Part shown: piece by piece, positions 1 to 9,600 of the stretch | Layout: each line of letters starts with the position of its first letter | How positions within the stretch are numbered: the stretch's first letter is position 1 | IMG/VR virus record: IMGVR_UViG_3300034073_003542 | Coordinates: 124,001-188,000 of that record | DNA: 64,000 nt | Direction: 5' to 3' (one strand) | Made by a program: the position numbers and the translations under genes | The notes under the pieces: model-generated | The model's input: only the letters and a program-made list of their open reading frames with translations | What the model was told of the DNA's origin: nothing | Databases searched by the model: none

Positions 1-749
1 ATGTCTTTTGGAAATCTTGTTGGGATTGTGTCTATGGGCTTTAATAGTTTTTCGTTTTTACCAAAAGCCAGAGCTACTTTCTTATAAAGATTGTATCGAT
101 TTGATGCCCATGCAGCAAGATGAATAAGTTTAATTTTATTTACATCGTCAAACATAACTCGCTCAAGCATTTCGGCAAAATTTATAACATATGTTGGGCT
201 ATTAATCACTTTTCTATAACACTCTATAATTTCACCTTTATCTAATTCATCTAATAGCCATTTTATCCACGGAGATCCACTTCCATAAAGACCAGAAGTT
301 CTAACTACAATACCATTTGAAGCATCGTTTGTTGTGATTTCTCCCAACATCTTACTAATTCCATAAAAAGTTTTGGGGTTCGCTTGACTCTTTTCTGTAT
401 AAATTCCTCCTTCATCACCAGAAAAAACATAGTCTGTTGATATATAAATAAATTTTATGTCACTAATAATTGTTTCAAGAATTGTTTTGGGTGCTTCTGT
501 ATTTATTTGTGTGGCTAATTCTTTATTTTGTTCACATAAATTAATATCTTTTATACCAGCAGCATAAATTATATGTGAATAATAGGGTTTATTTTTAGAG
601 CTAAAATATTTTCTTACATCCACATCATTGGTTAAATCAAGGTCTTTTCTTCCTATAATATGTGTGGTATACTTTTGAGAAAAAAATTTGTAAAGATTAG
701 TCCCAACAAATCCGTTTCCCACTATCAATATTTGTTTTTGTGGGTGCAT
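1..749 (-). CDS. dTDP-4-dehydrorhamnose reductase (RfbD)-like NAD(P)-dependent SDR, 3' end truncated by window edge
   Basis: Not in the ORF track. Manual translation from ATG 749: MHPQKQILIVGNGFVG (Rossmann), YAAGIKDINLCE, ISTDYVFSG, FYGISKMLGE (YxxxK), VVRTSGLYG. TAATG overlap with the upstream stop. Confidence 0.8.
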   Translation of the reverse strand, partial: MHPQKQILIVGNGFVGTNLYKFFSQKYTTHIIGRKDLDLTNDVDVRKYFSSKNKPYYSHIIYAAGIKDINLCEQNKELATQINTEAPKTILETIISDIKFIYISTDYVFSGDEGGIYTEKSQANPKTFYGISKMLGEITTNDASNGIVVRTSGLYGSGSPWIKWLLDELDKGEIIECYRKVINSPTYVINFAEMLERVMFDDVNKIKLIHLAAWASNRYNLYKKVALAFGKNEKLLKPIDTIPTRFPKD

Positions 750-1570
750 TATGTTTCTGTTTCTTGTGCCGCTTTTTTAATTCGATTAATCCAATAGCTT
801 TGACTAGTTATAGATAATTGATAAGTTTTACCAATAGTGATATTATACAAATCTTCCATATGTTGTTTATCTCTTAGTTCATCAATATCGTTTATAATAA
901 TAATAGGCAATTTTTCATACATTTCATAAATTTTGTAGTCGCCTATCTTTACAGTAATTGGAATCCTGCCAGCATACAGAGTTTCCCATAGACGATGCGT
1001 GTCAACCCCGTTTCCCGCTGGACACAGGTTCATTTTATATTTCTTGACCTCTGACACCCACTCTTTAATGGAAAGCGTAGGGGATTCGCAAACGATATGA
1101 GAGCAATTAGAAGCAATATTCCAAACCTTGTTTCTGTGTTCAGTATTTGTTTTGATGTTAAAGTTACAGTAAATAAATTCACTAATTGATTCTGGCTGCA
1201 TATAATTTAAACAGTCCATTTTTTCTTGTACGCGATTTCCCCAGCCAACTCCGTGTCCGTTTCTTATGCACTCGTCACGGTTTTCAATTCCTATTGGAAT
1301 TGGCTCTATGATTGGATTTTTAGATACTGCGTTTTGACAAAACCATTTTGTAATATTTTTGGGCGCTAAATCTAGAATATGATCAGTGATCGGATAATCA
1401 GAGTTACCTGTAATTAAAATAACATCATGATCAAGCAAGCTTATTTGTCCAAAATCTTCTTGTAAAAAATCAGTTTTACAAAACCACACCTTATCTCCAT
1501 CATGAAGATTGGCGAAATTATTAAGTTGTATAAAATCAAGATTTCTGTTCATAAGATTTTTCTTCCACAA
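749..1570 (-). CDS. Exostosin (GT47)-like glycosyltransferase domain protein
   Basis: YKMNLCPAGNGVDTHRLWETLYAGRIPI resembles the exostosin-family C-terminal motif; lies in a glycan cluster. Confidence 0.6.
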   Translation of the reverse strand: MWKKNLMNRNLDFIQLNNFANLHDGDKVWFCKTDFLQEDFGQISLLDHDVILITGNSDYPITDHILDLAPKNITKWFCQNAVSKNPIIEPIPIGIENRDECIRNGHGVGWGNRVQEKMDCLNYMQPESISEFIYCNFNIKTNTEHRNKVWNIASNCSHIVCESPTLSIKEWVSEVKKYKMNLCPAGNGVDTHRLWETLYAGRIPITVKIGDYKIYEMYEKLPIIIINDIDELRDKQHMEDLYNITIGKTYQLSITSQSYWINRIKKAAQETET

Positions 1571-1916
1571 AGTCTGATCCAGTTAAGTCGTTAAGCTTAC
1601 GTTTTAGTTCAGCTCTCTTATCATTAAATGTATATACATCACGAGCAAGCTGGATAAACTCGTCATCAAATTCTTTTAATCTTTCTTTGACACGAATTTT
1701 GTCTTCAGTTTCCCACAAAATATGATTTACTTCACTTAACGTCACATAATATTGAATAATTTCTGGACGCACCATCCAAATCGAACAAATCTCATATAAA
1801 TAATGATATTCTTTTTTAACATTAGCTAGTTTTTGTGGATCTTTTACTTTATCTAATTTAATACTTAGAATGTTCAATTTATCCAAAATCTCGCCGCTAG
1901 AAACCTCGATCTGCAT
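1536..1916 (-). CDS. DUF6165-like protein
   Basis: MQIEVSSGEILDKLNILSIK...LWETEDKIR...ARDVYTFNDKRAELKRKLN...EEKSY; start placed at the TAATG overlap at 1916. Confidence 0.7.
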   Translation of the reverse strand: MQIEVSSGEILDKLNILSIKLDKVKDPQKLANVKKEYHYLYEICSIWMVRPEIIQYYVTLSEVNHILWETEDKIRVKERLKEFDDEFIQLARDVYTFNDKRAELKRKLNDLTGSDFVEEKSYEQKS

Positions 1917-2590
1917 TATACTTCCTCCCAAATTTTGGTTGTTGTCATGTCGCTATAAGGCAATAGATGTTTATTTTTGTGATAGAATAGCTTTCCAGAA
2001 GTAGGAATTCTTTCTACAAGATGTTTAAATGATGAATTGACGCAATGAATCTCACTAGCATTCTGTATAATAAGTCCATAATTAAAAAAGTCAACACTAG
2101 GAACAGTGTAAATAGTTTTTATGTTTGGAGTAATTTTAGAGTAATCGATACCATCAATACCAAGAGAACTTGCGCTATGAATAAATGCGTAAGGCTCGTT
2201 ATTATTAACAAAATATTTGTATGTTTTATATTCTGAAGTATAATCCCTGCGATAATAAAATAGATCTCTATCAAGTGTTTCCATAGGAATGTTTGTTCCA
2301 TTAAGATAGAAATTTCTGTCCCATAAACAATTAGCTATTTTTTGACCTCCTACAGCAAAACCTAATCTATATCCTCCCATATTAGATATCTTAATAAAGT
2401 TTTCTGCGTCTTTATCATCTTCAACCCCAATAATATTGATTCTTGGATCATCTCTATACATAAATATTACATTTTTTAGATTTTTATGTTTACATATCAG
2501 ATATGATTCCCCGTGTTTCTCAGTTAGGTGTCTAACTAGTGCATTACAAATAATGTGATCACCTAATCCTAGGTGGTGATAAATAATCAA
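1916..2590 (-). CDS. Putative glycosyltransferase-like protein (GT-B-like)
   Basis: N-terminal HLGLGDHIICN and C-terminal ASEIHCVNSSF motifs; cluster context. Confidence 0.4.
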   Translation of the reverse strand: MIIYHHLGLGDHIICNALVRHLTEKHGESYLICKHKNLKNVIFMYRDDPRINIIGVEDDKDAENFIKISNMGGYRLGFAVGGQKIANCLWDRNFYLNGTNIPMETLDRDLFYYRRDYTSEYKTYKYFVNNNEPYAFIHSASSLGIDGIDYSKITPNIKTIYTVPSVDFFNYGLIIQNASEIHCVNSSFKHLVERIPTSGKLFYHKNKHLLPYSDMTTTKIWEEV

Positions 2591-2600
2591 TTTAGTTATC

Positions 2601-3218
2601 CTATTTGATATAGTTAATAAGCTTCTCTGGACAATACATTATACTTGCATCTGGCACTTTTGTCAATATAGACCTACAAAACAACCCATCTTCGCCCGAC
2701 GAACTATCTTTGTACCATAGGTTACTTTTTTTAATTGTATCAAGTTTGATAGATATTGGACCGTGACACATATTCTCTTCGAGCGGACATTGTAGATTTG
2801 TACTATTGTATCTGGCTTTTTTTGTTATTTTGTGTACAGTAATTTTTTCCATATCAATATTATTAAATTTTTGTGAACCACTATTATAACTATGTATCAT
2901 CATATCAACACTGAAGTTATTAAAAATATGTTTAACTATTTCGCATTTTTGTGGATGTACTTCATCATCAATATCACAAAAACATAATATCCCTTCCTTA
3001 CACTCTTTTATTAATTCATTTCTAGCATTTCCAGCAGATAGTCTATTTGCAAATATCATTAAGTCTGGCCCGCGTAAAATATCTACATAGGGGCTTGATA
3101 TATCGCTGACTACTATAAAAATTCTGTCTGGTCTAACTGTTTGATTTTTAATAGAAGATAAACACCTATGTATATGGTGTGCATCAACGCTATAGCTAGT
3201 GATGCCAAAGTTAATCAT
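2601..3218 (-). CDS. GT2-family glycosyltransferase
   Basis: SAGNARNELI..CKEGILCFCDIDD (DxD) and SSGEDGLF motifs. Confidence 0.75.
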   Translation of the reverse strand: MINFGITSYSVDAHHIHRCLSSIKNQTVRPDRIFIVVSDISSPYVDILRGPDLMIFANRLSAGNARNELIKECKEGILCFCDIDDEVHPQKCEIVKHIFNNFSVDMMIHSYNSGSQKFNNIDMEKITVHKITKKARYNSTNLQCPLEENMCHGPISIKLDTIKKSNLWYKDSSSGEDGLFCRSILTKVPDASIMYCPEKLINYIK

Positions 3219-3844
3219 TGTCGATATAAAATTAGTGGAAAATCTGCAAATATTCCTTTATAATTTCCTTTTACTAAAGATTGACAAAATAAGCTATCTT
3301 CTGATCTTTCTCTAGATTTGTCTTCGTCAAATTTAATTATGTTAAATATGTTGCGTTTAACTGCTATATGAGCATGATGTATTTTTTTGTCTCTACATTT
3401 TACATTAGTGCTATGTTTTCTTCCTGTTGGCAATTCTATATCTGTAAATGTGTTTATTTTATTTATATCGGTTAGATTTAGAGACGGATATTTATTTGAT
3501 TTGAATTTGTTGTAAGAGTGTAGCATATAGTCATAATCACCCAATATTTTCTTAGTTGTCTCTATTTTTTGTGGATGTGGAATATCGTCAACATCGAAAA
3601 ACACAATTACTTCATTCTGAGCTAACTCTGCTCCTTTATTTCTTGCCCACGCGGCATTTTGTCTGTGTTTATTGTAATGTATAAGAAATTTTGGAAGGGT
3701 CGTATTGATATCCAGATGAGTTGCTTCGCTACATACGATTAAAGTTTCATCTGGTAACTGAGTTTGTCCCTCAAATAAAGGCAAGAGAGAATGTAAATAG
3801 TGATGATCACCACTATAACACGTAATACATAAAGTTATTTTCAT
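3215..3844 (-). CDS. GT2-family glycosyltransferase (paralog of neighbour)
   Basis: AAWARNKGAELAQNEVIVFFDVDD, HPQKIE (shared with neighbour HPQKCE), SEDSLF. Confidence 0.8.
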   Translation of the reverse strand: MKITLCITCYSGDHHYLHSLLPLFEGQTQLPDETLIVCSEATHLDINTTLPKFLIHYNKHRQNAAWARNKGAELAQNEVIVFFDVDDIPHPQKIETTKKILGDYDYMLHSYNKFKSNKYPSLNLTDINKINTFTDIELPTGRKHSTNVKCRDKKIHHAHIAVKRNIFNIIKFDEDKSRERSEDSLFCQSLVKGNYKGIFADFPLILYRQ

Positions 3845-4163
3845 TAGTTTTACCCTGGTATTTTGATAATACTCAGGATAATTTACACCTTTTTAATAGC
3901 TTTTATATTTTTCCTCTAATTCTTTTAAAGCCTCCATTACAGATAATTTCTGCATATCTGTATACACCTGATAGCTCTTAAGATTGTTCTTCATTCCTTC
4001 CAAAAAATAAATTGATGTTGTTATATCTTTGTTTTTTTGTTCTTCAAAATATCTTGTTATTGGATTACTAATACATTTTGTGTTGTTTAGGTGGCTTTTT
4101 AAGATGATGATCAGGTCACATATTCTTGTTTCTGGTGTTTTATGACTTATTTTCCATAAATGA

Positions 4164-4829
4164 TCACTCATTGTCAGGTATATATAAATAATGTTGTGGA
4201 TGACGTATATCATATTCGTCAAATACTTCGCCCACAAATCCTCTGTTTACCCTTTTTGTAGGAAATGGCTTTTTTTCAAAAAATGGATCATGAACTACTT
4301 TGTCGTTACCTATAATGGGATAAAGTACTTGCGAGAAAAAATCATAGTCTGTTCCATATTTATCTTGTTTATTAAAACCATTTAATAATTTCTTCATATC
4401 GTATAAGTAATTTTTACGATACCCCCACATTCCCCCAAGAATAGGGAATCCATGATAAGGATGATCACGCATAATATGAAAAGATTTATCGGTATTGAGC
4501 CATTCGTCAACAGCCGCCTTTTCTCTTAAAGATAAGCGACTATCGGTATCTCGAAATATAGAAATATCGATATTGGGGTAATATGATGTTTCAAATCTCC
4601 AAAACATTCCTCGCCAATCAGCAGGACCGCTCTTAATATAAAGATACGTATTTGGAAGAGAAGATAGGGTCTCTAATATATCGTCTGGAACATCTGACGC
4701 TACATGATAATGACACTCCCAATCTGGATAAAGATCAAGAGCTATTTCAGCGTTACGAATAGCCCCAACGGTATATTTTGGATTACTTCCCCATAAACTA
4801 AAACTAATTACTTTAAGTTGTTCTGGCAT
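4164..4829 (-). CDS. Conserved GT-A-like protein
   Basis: KVISFSLWG..PKYTVGAIRN, MFWRF, IFRDTDSRLS.REKAAVDEW, HIMRDHPYH..PILGGMWG, DYDFF; DxD-like motif. Confidence 0.55.
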   Translation of the reverse strand: MPEQLKVISFSLWGSNPKYTVGAIRNAEIALDLYPDWECHYHVASDVPDDILETLSSLPNTYLYIKSGPADWRGMFWRFETSYYPNIDISIFRDTDSRLSLREKAAVDEWLNTDKSFHIMRDHPYHGFPILGGMWGYRKNYLYDMKKLLNGFNKQDKYGTDYDFFSQVLYPIIGNDKVVHDPFFEKKPFPTKRVNRGFVGEVFDEYDIRHPQHYLYIPDNE

Positions 4830-5365
4830 TATACTCTTTGTGTTCTATTTTTAGCAGGAGAATAATTGTAGATGACTACTGGTATATTCTTCCAGATATC
4901 ATCAATAAGGTCAGAAATGAAGGCCCAGTCGCCGCCTGCGAGTTGACTACCGAATTTATTGCAGTGCAGTTCTACTTTATCAAATCCACTATTCTTGATA
5001 TAATTGCGAACATTAACCATACAATTGACTAATGCTTCGTAGTTTAGTGGGCGAGGATTGGTTTTTGGATTAATGATTCCATTTTGGGCGACCATATTCG
5101 CAAAAATTAAACGGTGGTTATGAAGGGGACTTTTAACTGTCTCTACATATTGTACATAACCTAGAGGTGGTTTTGTAAGCAAATCAAAGTTTGCTGCCAC
5201 TTCTGGAAATGCGTTACGAACAGCTAGAGCAAATCCACTACCAAATCCTCTAACGTTATTACAAACGTGTGGAATGATTACAGAACTACCCAAATTACCG
5301 CTTAAAACAAGCTTTTTTGCTGTGCTGAAAATTTCGCTATTAACAACACGTACATATGGATTCAT
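4829..5365 (-). CDS. Macro domain (ADP-ribose-binding/hydrolase) protein
   Basis: IIPHVCNNVRGFGSGFALAV, FANMVAQNG, LNYEAL, KFGSQLAGGDW..I. Confidence 0.85.
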   Translation of the reverse strand: MNPYVRVVNSEIFSTAKKLVLSGNLGSSVIIPHVCNNVRGFGSGFALAVRNAFPEVAANFDLLTKPPLGYVQYVETVKSPLHNHRLIFANMVAQNGIINPKTNPRPLNYEALVNCMVNVRNYIKNSGFDKVELHCNKFGSQLAGGDWAFISDLIDDIWKNIPVVIYNYSPAKNRTQRV

Positions 5366-5402
5366 GATATTTCTCCTTACTTAGAATGTCCTCACACCCT
5401 TC

Positions 5403-5431
5403 ATTATATCAGACGCAAGAGTACTTGTCAA
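5403..5431 (-). promoter_or_regulatory. sigma70-type promoter
   Basis: TTGACA-N17-TATAAT on the minus strand, upstream of the macro-domain gene. Confidence 0.85.
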
Positions 5432-5517
5432 GCACCAGACTACTGAGAGTCTAGTGTCTTACCCATATTTATATATAAGGTGAATGTATAATAGTGAATT
5501 ACTAAAATTATAAATAT

Positions 5518-5545
5518 TTGCGTTCCAAAATTTTGGGTGTATTAT
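5518..5545 (+). promoter_or_regulatory. Putative promoter of DUF1559 gene
   Basis: TTGCGT-N16-TATTAT, containing the GGTGTATT motif. Confidence 0.45.
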
Positions 5546-5579
5546 TAAGGTAGATTATAGCTAGTAATATATCCCACCT

Positions 5580-6776
5580 ATGGAGAAAAATATGAATATC
5601 AAAACTCGCCGCTCTGCATTTACCCTTGTCGAACTTCTAGTTGTAATTGCTATTATTGGTTTATTAGTAGCAATTTTACTCCCAGCCCTTTCTTCTGCTA
5701 GAAATTCTGCTCAGGCAGCAGCAAGCGGATCAAATTTAAGCACATTTGGTCGTGGTTTCATGATTTTCTCCACAGAAGATAAGCGATCACGCATGAGTAG
5801 CGGCGCTTTTGATCATTTAAGAGATGGAGATGTTAGAAAAGTTGGATGGGTTGCTGATATTATTAGGATTAAGGTGTCAAATCCAGGTAAGGCGCTTGAT
5901 CCAGCTAATACTTATCAGGTAAATGAAAAGGTTGCCGACTATATTGGAGCTACCAATACAACTAAAGCTAATCCTGTTCGCTGGAATAATAAAACAGCAG
6001 ATGTTCATTTTGGTGGAGCTAATGGCCCCACAGATTTTGCTGGATCACCAACACAAGCACAAAAGAATAAATTATGGGAAGACGGATATAACACAAACTA
6101 TGCAACAACATGGCAGTTTAGTCGTGGCGATGTTGTTCCTGGGTCTGACGGAAAGATTAATTCTAATGGAGCTATGAATCCTGTAACATCTGATCCTTCT
6201 AAATGTCCTCTAGATGGTGACGGCCCATTAACAGAAAAGAAATTAACTGGTGGAGGAGTAAGTCGTGATAGAGTTGCTGTAATGGGTGCGGCTCGTCCAG
6301 GCGACGGTTCTGATGCTCTTGTTACTGATGCAATGTTTACCACCTTTAATAATTTCTTTGGAACAGATCAAACAATGATTACAACTGGAGGTATTTTAGT
6401 TGAATCATTTACTGATGGAATGAATTGTCCTTTTACTGATGTTACTCTTGGTGGTGGCACAGATCAAAAAATTCATGAAATTAATGATATTTTCCCTATT
6501 CATGGTTCTCGTAAAACAACTGTTGGAGCAAATACTCTTCTTACAGGAGGATATGCCCAAGTTTTATTTGCGGACGGTCACGTTGCCAAAATTGAGGATG
6601 TGGGCGGTTATCAAGATAATCCTGACAGTTGGCTAGGCCCATATAAAACTGGTGGTGTTCCAACAGCCTCTTCGTTTGAAATTAATAAGAGTGGCTATGA
6701 TGAAGTTAGAGAACTGATCTGGCTCCATCAAATAGGTAACTCGTCAGGTGGTGTTGGCGGAGGTTCTGTAGAGTAA
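5580..6776 (+). CDS. DUF1559-type prepilin N-terminal cleavage/methylation domain protein with H-X-DG C-terminal motif
   Basis: RRSA|FTLVELLVVIAIIGLLVAILLPALSSAR...SNL; C-terminal H...GGYAQVLFADGHV. Likely start at ATG 5592 after GGAG. Confidence 0.9.
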   Translation: MEKNMNIKTRRSAFTLVELLVVIAIIGLLVAILLPALSSARNSAQAAASGSNLSTFGRGFMIFSTEDKRSRMSSGAFDHLRDGDVRKVGWVADIIRIKVSNPGKALDPANTYQVNEKVADYIGATNTTKANPVRWNNKTADVHFGGANGPTDFAGSPTQAQKNKLWEDGYNTNYATTWQFSRGDVVPGSDGKINSNGAMNPVTSDPSKCPLDGDGPLTEKKLTGGGVSRDRVAVMGAARPGDGSDALVTDAMFTTFNNFFGTDQTMITTGGILVESFTDGMNCPFTDVTLGGGTDQKIHEINDIFPIHGSRKTTVGANTLLTGGYAQVLFADGHVAKIEDVGGYQDNPDSWLGPYKTGGVPTASSFEINKSGYDEVRELIWLHQIGNSSGGVGGGSVE

Positions 6777-6811
6777 TTTTATAAGGGACTTACAAAAATC
6801 CTTGACTACTC

Positions 6812-7060
6812 TTATTTAACCTTTGTCCACTTGGGCGTGGGTAACGGACACTCCTGATCTCTCCACGCAAGTTTATTCATAAGAATTTCTTTGTCGTTAA
6901 TGTTACAGCCGCAATGGTCGCATCGCTCTAGTTGAGCATCATAATATTCGCAGCTTTTGCAAATAGCTAGACGTTGTAAGATTAATTCTTTGGAGCTTTT
7001 TGGTGAGCCATTTTTAATATGTGTCCAAAGAGCTTTTATAAATCTAAGTATTCTTTTCAT
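6812..7060 (-). CDS. Cys-rich small protein (DUF6171-like)
   Basis: RLAICKSC...CDHCGC...K..W..QECP..KW pattern. Confidence 0.55.
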   Translation of the reverse strand: MKRILRFIKALWTHIKNGSPKSSKELILQRLAICKSCEYYDAQLERCDHCGCNINDKEILMNKLAWRDQECPLPTPKWTKVK

Positions 7061-7520
7061 TTTCTTTCTTTCCTATTTTTTGAATTGTAGAATCAGCTCC
7101 AACTATCTCATACAGATCAACTTTATTGACTATCTCATTATCTTTAATCCAGCGTATTTCTCCGGTATTTAGACACACGCACATCCTTGTGCCACTTTTC
7201 TTAAAGTCTGTAGTTAATATATACCGTAAATGATTGGTTTTACAATCACACGAACATATAGAAACCTCAAAACTATCTCCTGGAGATAATTCTTCGAGAT
7301 AAAATTCACCTATGGCTTTATCGCTCATCTTCTTGCCATCTGCTAAAATACTCAGAATATTTTTCTTCTTCGTATTCTTGCTCTTTCTCCTTTTTATTTA
7401 GTTTATCAACTCGATGTTCTCTGTTGATATCTTTGATGAATTTTTTATCTTTGCGCTTTTTCCCATAATTATTCTTGCGGGAAAATGCTTTGCCTTCAAA
7501 CTCGTCGTTGTGTGACATAA

Positions 7521-8270
7521 TTAGTCTTTTACCTTATTCTCCTCTATCCACTTAATATACGAACTCACCCTGGTGTGACCAGACTCTTTATTATAGCGTC
7601 TACGTGTCTTTGTGTCAATCGTTTCCGATACAAAACTATTTACACCAGCTAATTTGCCGTCGATAAATAAACCGCCCCCACTATCACCGCTCTGTATAAA
7701 AAATCCAAGCTCTTTTTGTTGGCGTGTCCCAACAGGAAACGGACAAAAAATCATTTCTGGTTTTGATCTATAGATATAGTTTAATCCAGCCCTCTTATTT
7801 CCGTCATTATATAGTTTTTCGTCATGAAATCTCCCAGTAAATCCATAGCCAGCAACTTCCACCTTCTTACCTGTTTCGTTGCGATCAGTAAATAGTTCTG
7901 GATATTTATCTAATTCAAAGCTTTTCTGAGAATATCCTAGAGCTAAATCTACAGTCGCAAATGTTTTTGAGTTATAGTCTTTATGTATAAACACTTTTTC
8001 TAAAAGAAACTTTTTGGTCCCATGAACCACAACACAAATTTCTCTGTCATCAACAACATGAGCAGCCGATAAAACGTGGTGATCGTCAATCATTATACAA
8101 GAACCACAATAAACTCCACCCTTGTCATCAGAAGCAATCAATAAACACACAAAAGGAAACTCGTTACCTTTTTCTATGTATTTTTCGTCTTTAGTATTTG
8201 GGTCAGTAACGCCCCCATAAGATATGGCTGTTAGAAATATAGCTAACAATAGTTGTTTTAAATATGTCAT
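7521..8270 (-). CDS. Secreted trypsin-like (S1) serine protease
   Basis: Signal peptide; catalytic motifs VLSAAHV, DLAL, GDSGGGLF. Confidence 0.92.
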   Translation of the reverse strand: MTYLKQLLLAIFLTAISYGGVTDPNTKDEKYIEKGNEFPFVCLLIASDDKGGVYCGSCIMIDDHHVLSAAHVVDDREICVVVHGTKKFLLEKVFIHKDYNSKTFATVDLALGYSQKSFELDKYPELFTDRNETGKKVEVAGYGFTGRFHDEKLYNDGNKRAGLNYIYRSKPEMIFCPFPVGTRQQKELGFFIQSGDSGGGLFIDGKLAGVNSFVSETIDTKTRRRYNKESGHTRVSSYIKWIEENKVKD

Positions 8271-8333
8271 ATTATATATCCTCCAGATGAGAAATTAACA
8301 TATTCTTATACACCTATTGAATTATGTGGGGAA

Positions 8334-8711
8334 TTATTCTATAGATTTTAGCCATTCCCTATATCTTTTGGGCATATATCCTATTATTTTTCCTTTTTCT
8401 TTATCTTTATCAAATATCCTTGATTCTGGTATAGTCTTTATTCTATATTTCTTTTTAATCTCTTCGTCTTTTTCAATATCGATATAACACACGATATATT
8501 TATCTGATTCTGGAATACCGCCCAACAAAATGTCTCTTTTAAGTTTATGACAATAGGTACAGTATTCTGCCCCGAATATCACAAGGATCGGCCTGTTGGT
8601 TTTTTCGGCCAATTTTTGCGCTTCTGGTAACGACTCAATTATAAATCCTTCTGCTAAACTTGATGAACTAATGACTAGACCCAGAAATATCGCAATTAAT
8701 ATTTTTCGCAT
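8334..8711 (-). CDS. Exported thioredoxin-fold protein
   Basis: Signal peptide; FGAEYCTYCHKL (CxxC); cis-Pro loop TIP. Confidence 0.85.
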   Translation of the reverse strand: MRKILIAIFLGLVISSSSLAEGFIIESLPEAQKLAEKTNRPILVIFGAEYCTYCHKLKRDILLGGIPESDKYIVCYIDIEKDEEIKKKYRIKTIPESRIFDKDKEKGKIIGYMPKRYREWLKSIE

Positions 8712-9600
8712 GTTTACCTAGAATCCTTCCTTTTTGAGTTCTTTGAACCATCCCGGTTCTTAATAGATACGGCTCAATACTGTTTTCAATAGTGTCGATG
8801 GCAATACCTGTCATCGAACTAATTGCTTTCAGCCCTAATGGATTACCAATATTCTGTTGCAGAACTTGGATGTATATTCTATCATACACATCTAGCCCAT
8901 TTTCGTCTATCCCCTGTGTAGAAAATACTTCATCGACAGACAATTTGTTGTTATCTCCTGATGCTGTATACATTTGAAACCATTGAATACGGGCGTTTAA
9001 GATTCGGGGCGTTCCTTTACTACGCTTTGCAATCTCGCTCAGAGCTTCATTATCAAGATTTAATCCAAGACGCTCGGTATTAGCTTTTGCTAATTGTACA
9101 AGCTCTGGGGTATTATAAAATCTCAGATGTTCTTTGATTTGAAAACGATCATAAAACGGCTGACTAAGACTTCCTCCACTAGTTGTGGCCCCAATAAGAG
9201 TAAAGGCTGGAATAGCAATTTCCTCTGGTTCTTTTTCCAAAACGATATTGATTTTGAAATCTTCCATTACTGGATAAAGAAATTCTTCTACCAAAGTTGG
9301 CAAACGATGAATTTCGTCAATAAAAAGAACAGAGCGTTTAGTCATTCTCAATAGGTATGGAAGTATATTTTTGACCTTCCGAAGATTGGCGGCGTTTGTG
9401 ATATGGAGGTCAACCCCTAGCTCATGGGCAATAGCACCCGCCAACGTCGTTTTACCGAGGCCAGGAGGCCCGTCAATTAAAACATGGGGGTGGACGACCC
9501 CTGCGTTTTTACAGCCATCAGTAGTTACCCTAAGACGCTCTACCGTTTCGGTTTGACCAATAATATCACCAAAAGTTGTGGGACGAAAAGCAAGTGTCAT
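8668..9600 (-). CDS. ruvB: Holliday junction branch-migration AAA+ helicase RuvB
   Basis: FRPTTFGDIIGQ, GPPGLGKTT, LFIDEIHRL, EEFLYPVMEDF, FTLIGATT, DRF, RSKGTPR, C-terminal winged helix (IEPYLLR.G.VQRTQKGR). Confidence 0.96.
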   Translation of the reverse strand: MTLAFRPTTFGDIIGQTETVERLRVTTDGCKNAGVVHPHVLIDGPPGLGKTTLAGAIAHELGVDLHITNAANLRKVKNILPYLLRMTKRSVLFIDEIHRLPTLVEEFLYPVMEDFKINIVLEKEPEEIAIPAFTLIGATTSGGSLSQPFYDRFQIKEHLRFYNTPELVQLAKANTERLGLNLDNEALSEIAKRSKGTPRILNARIQWFQMYTASGDNNKLSVDEVFSTQGIDENGLDVYDRIYIQVLQQNIGNPLGLKAISSMTGIAIDTIENSIEPYLLRTGMVQRTQKGRILGKHAKNINCDISGSSH

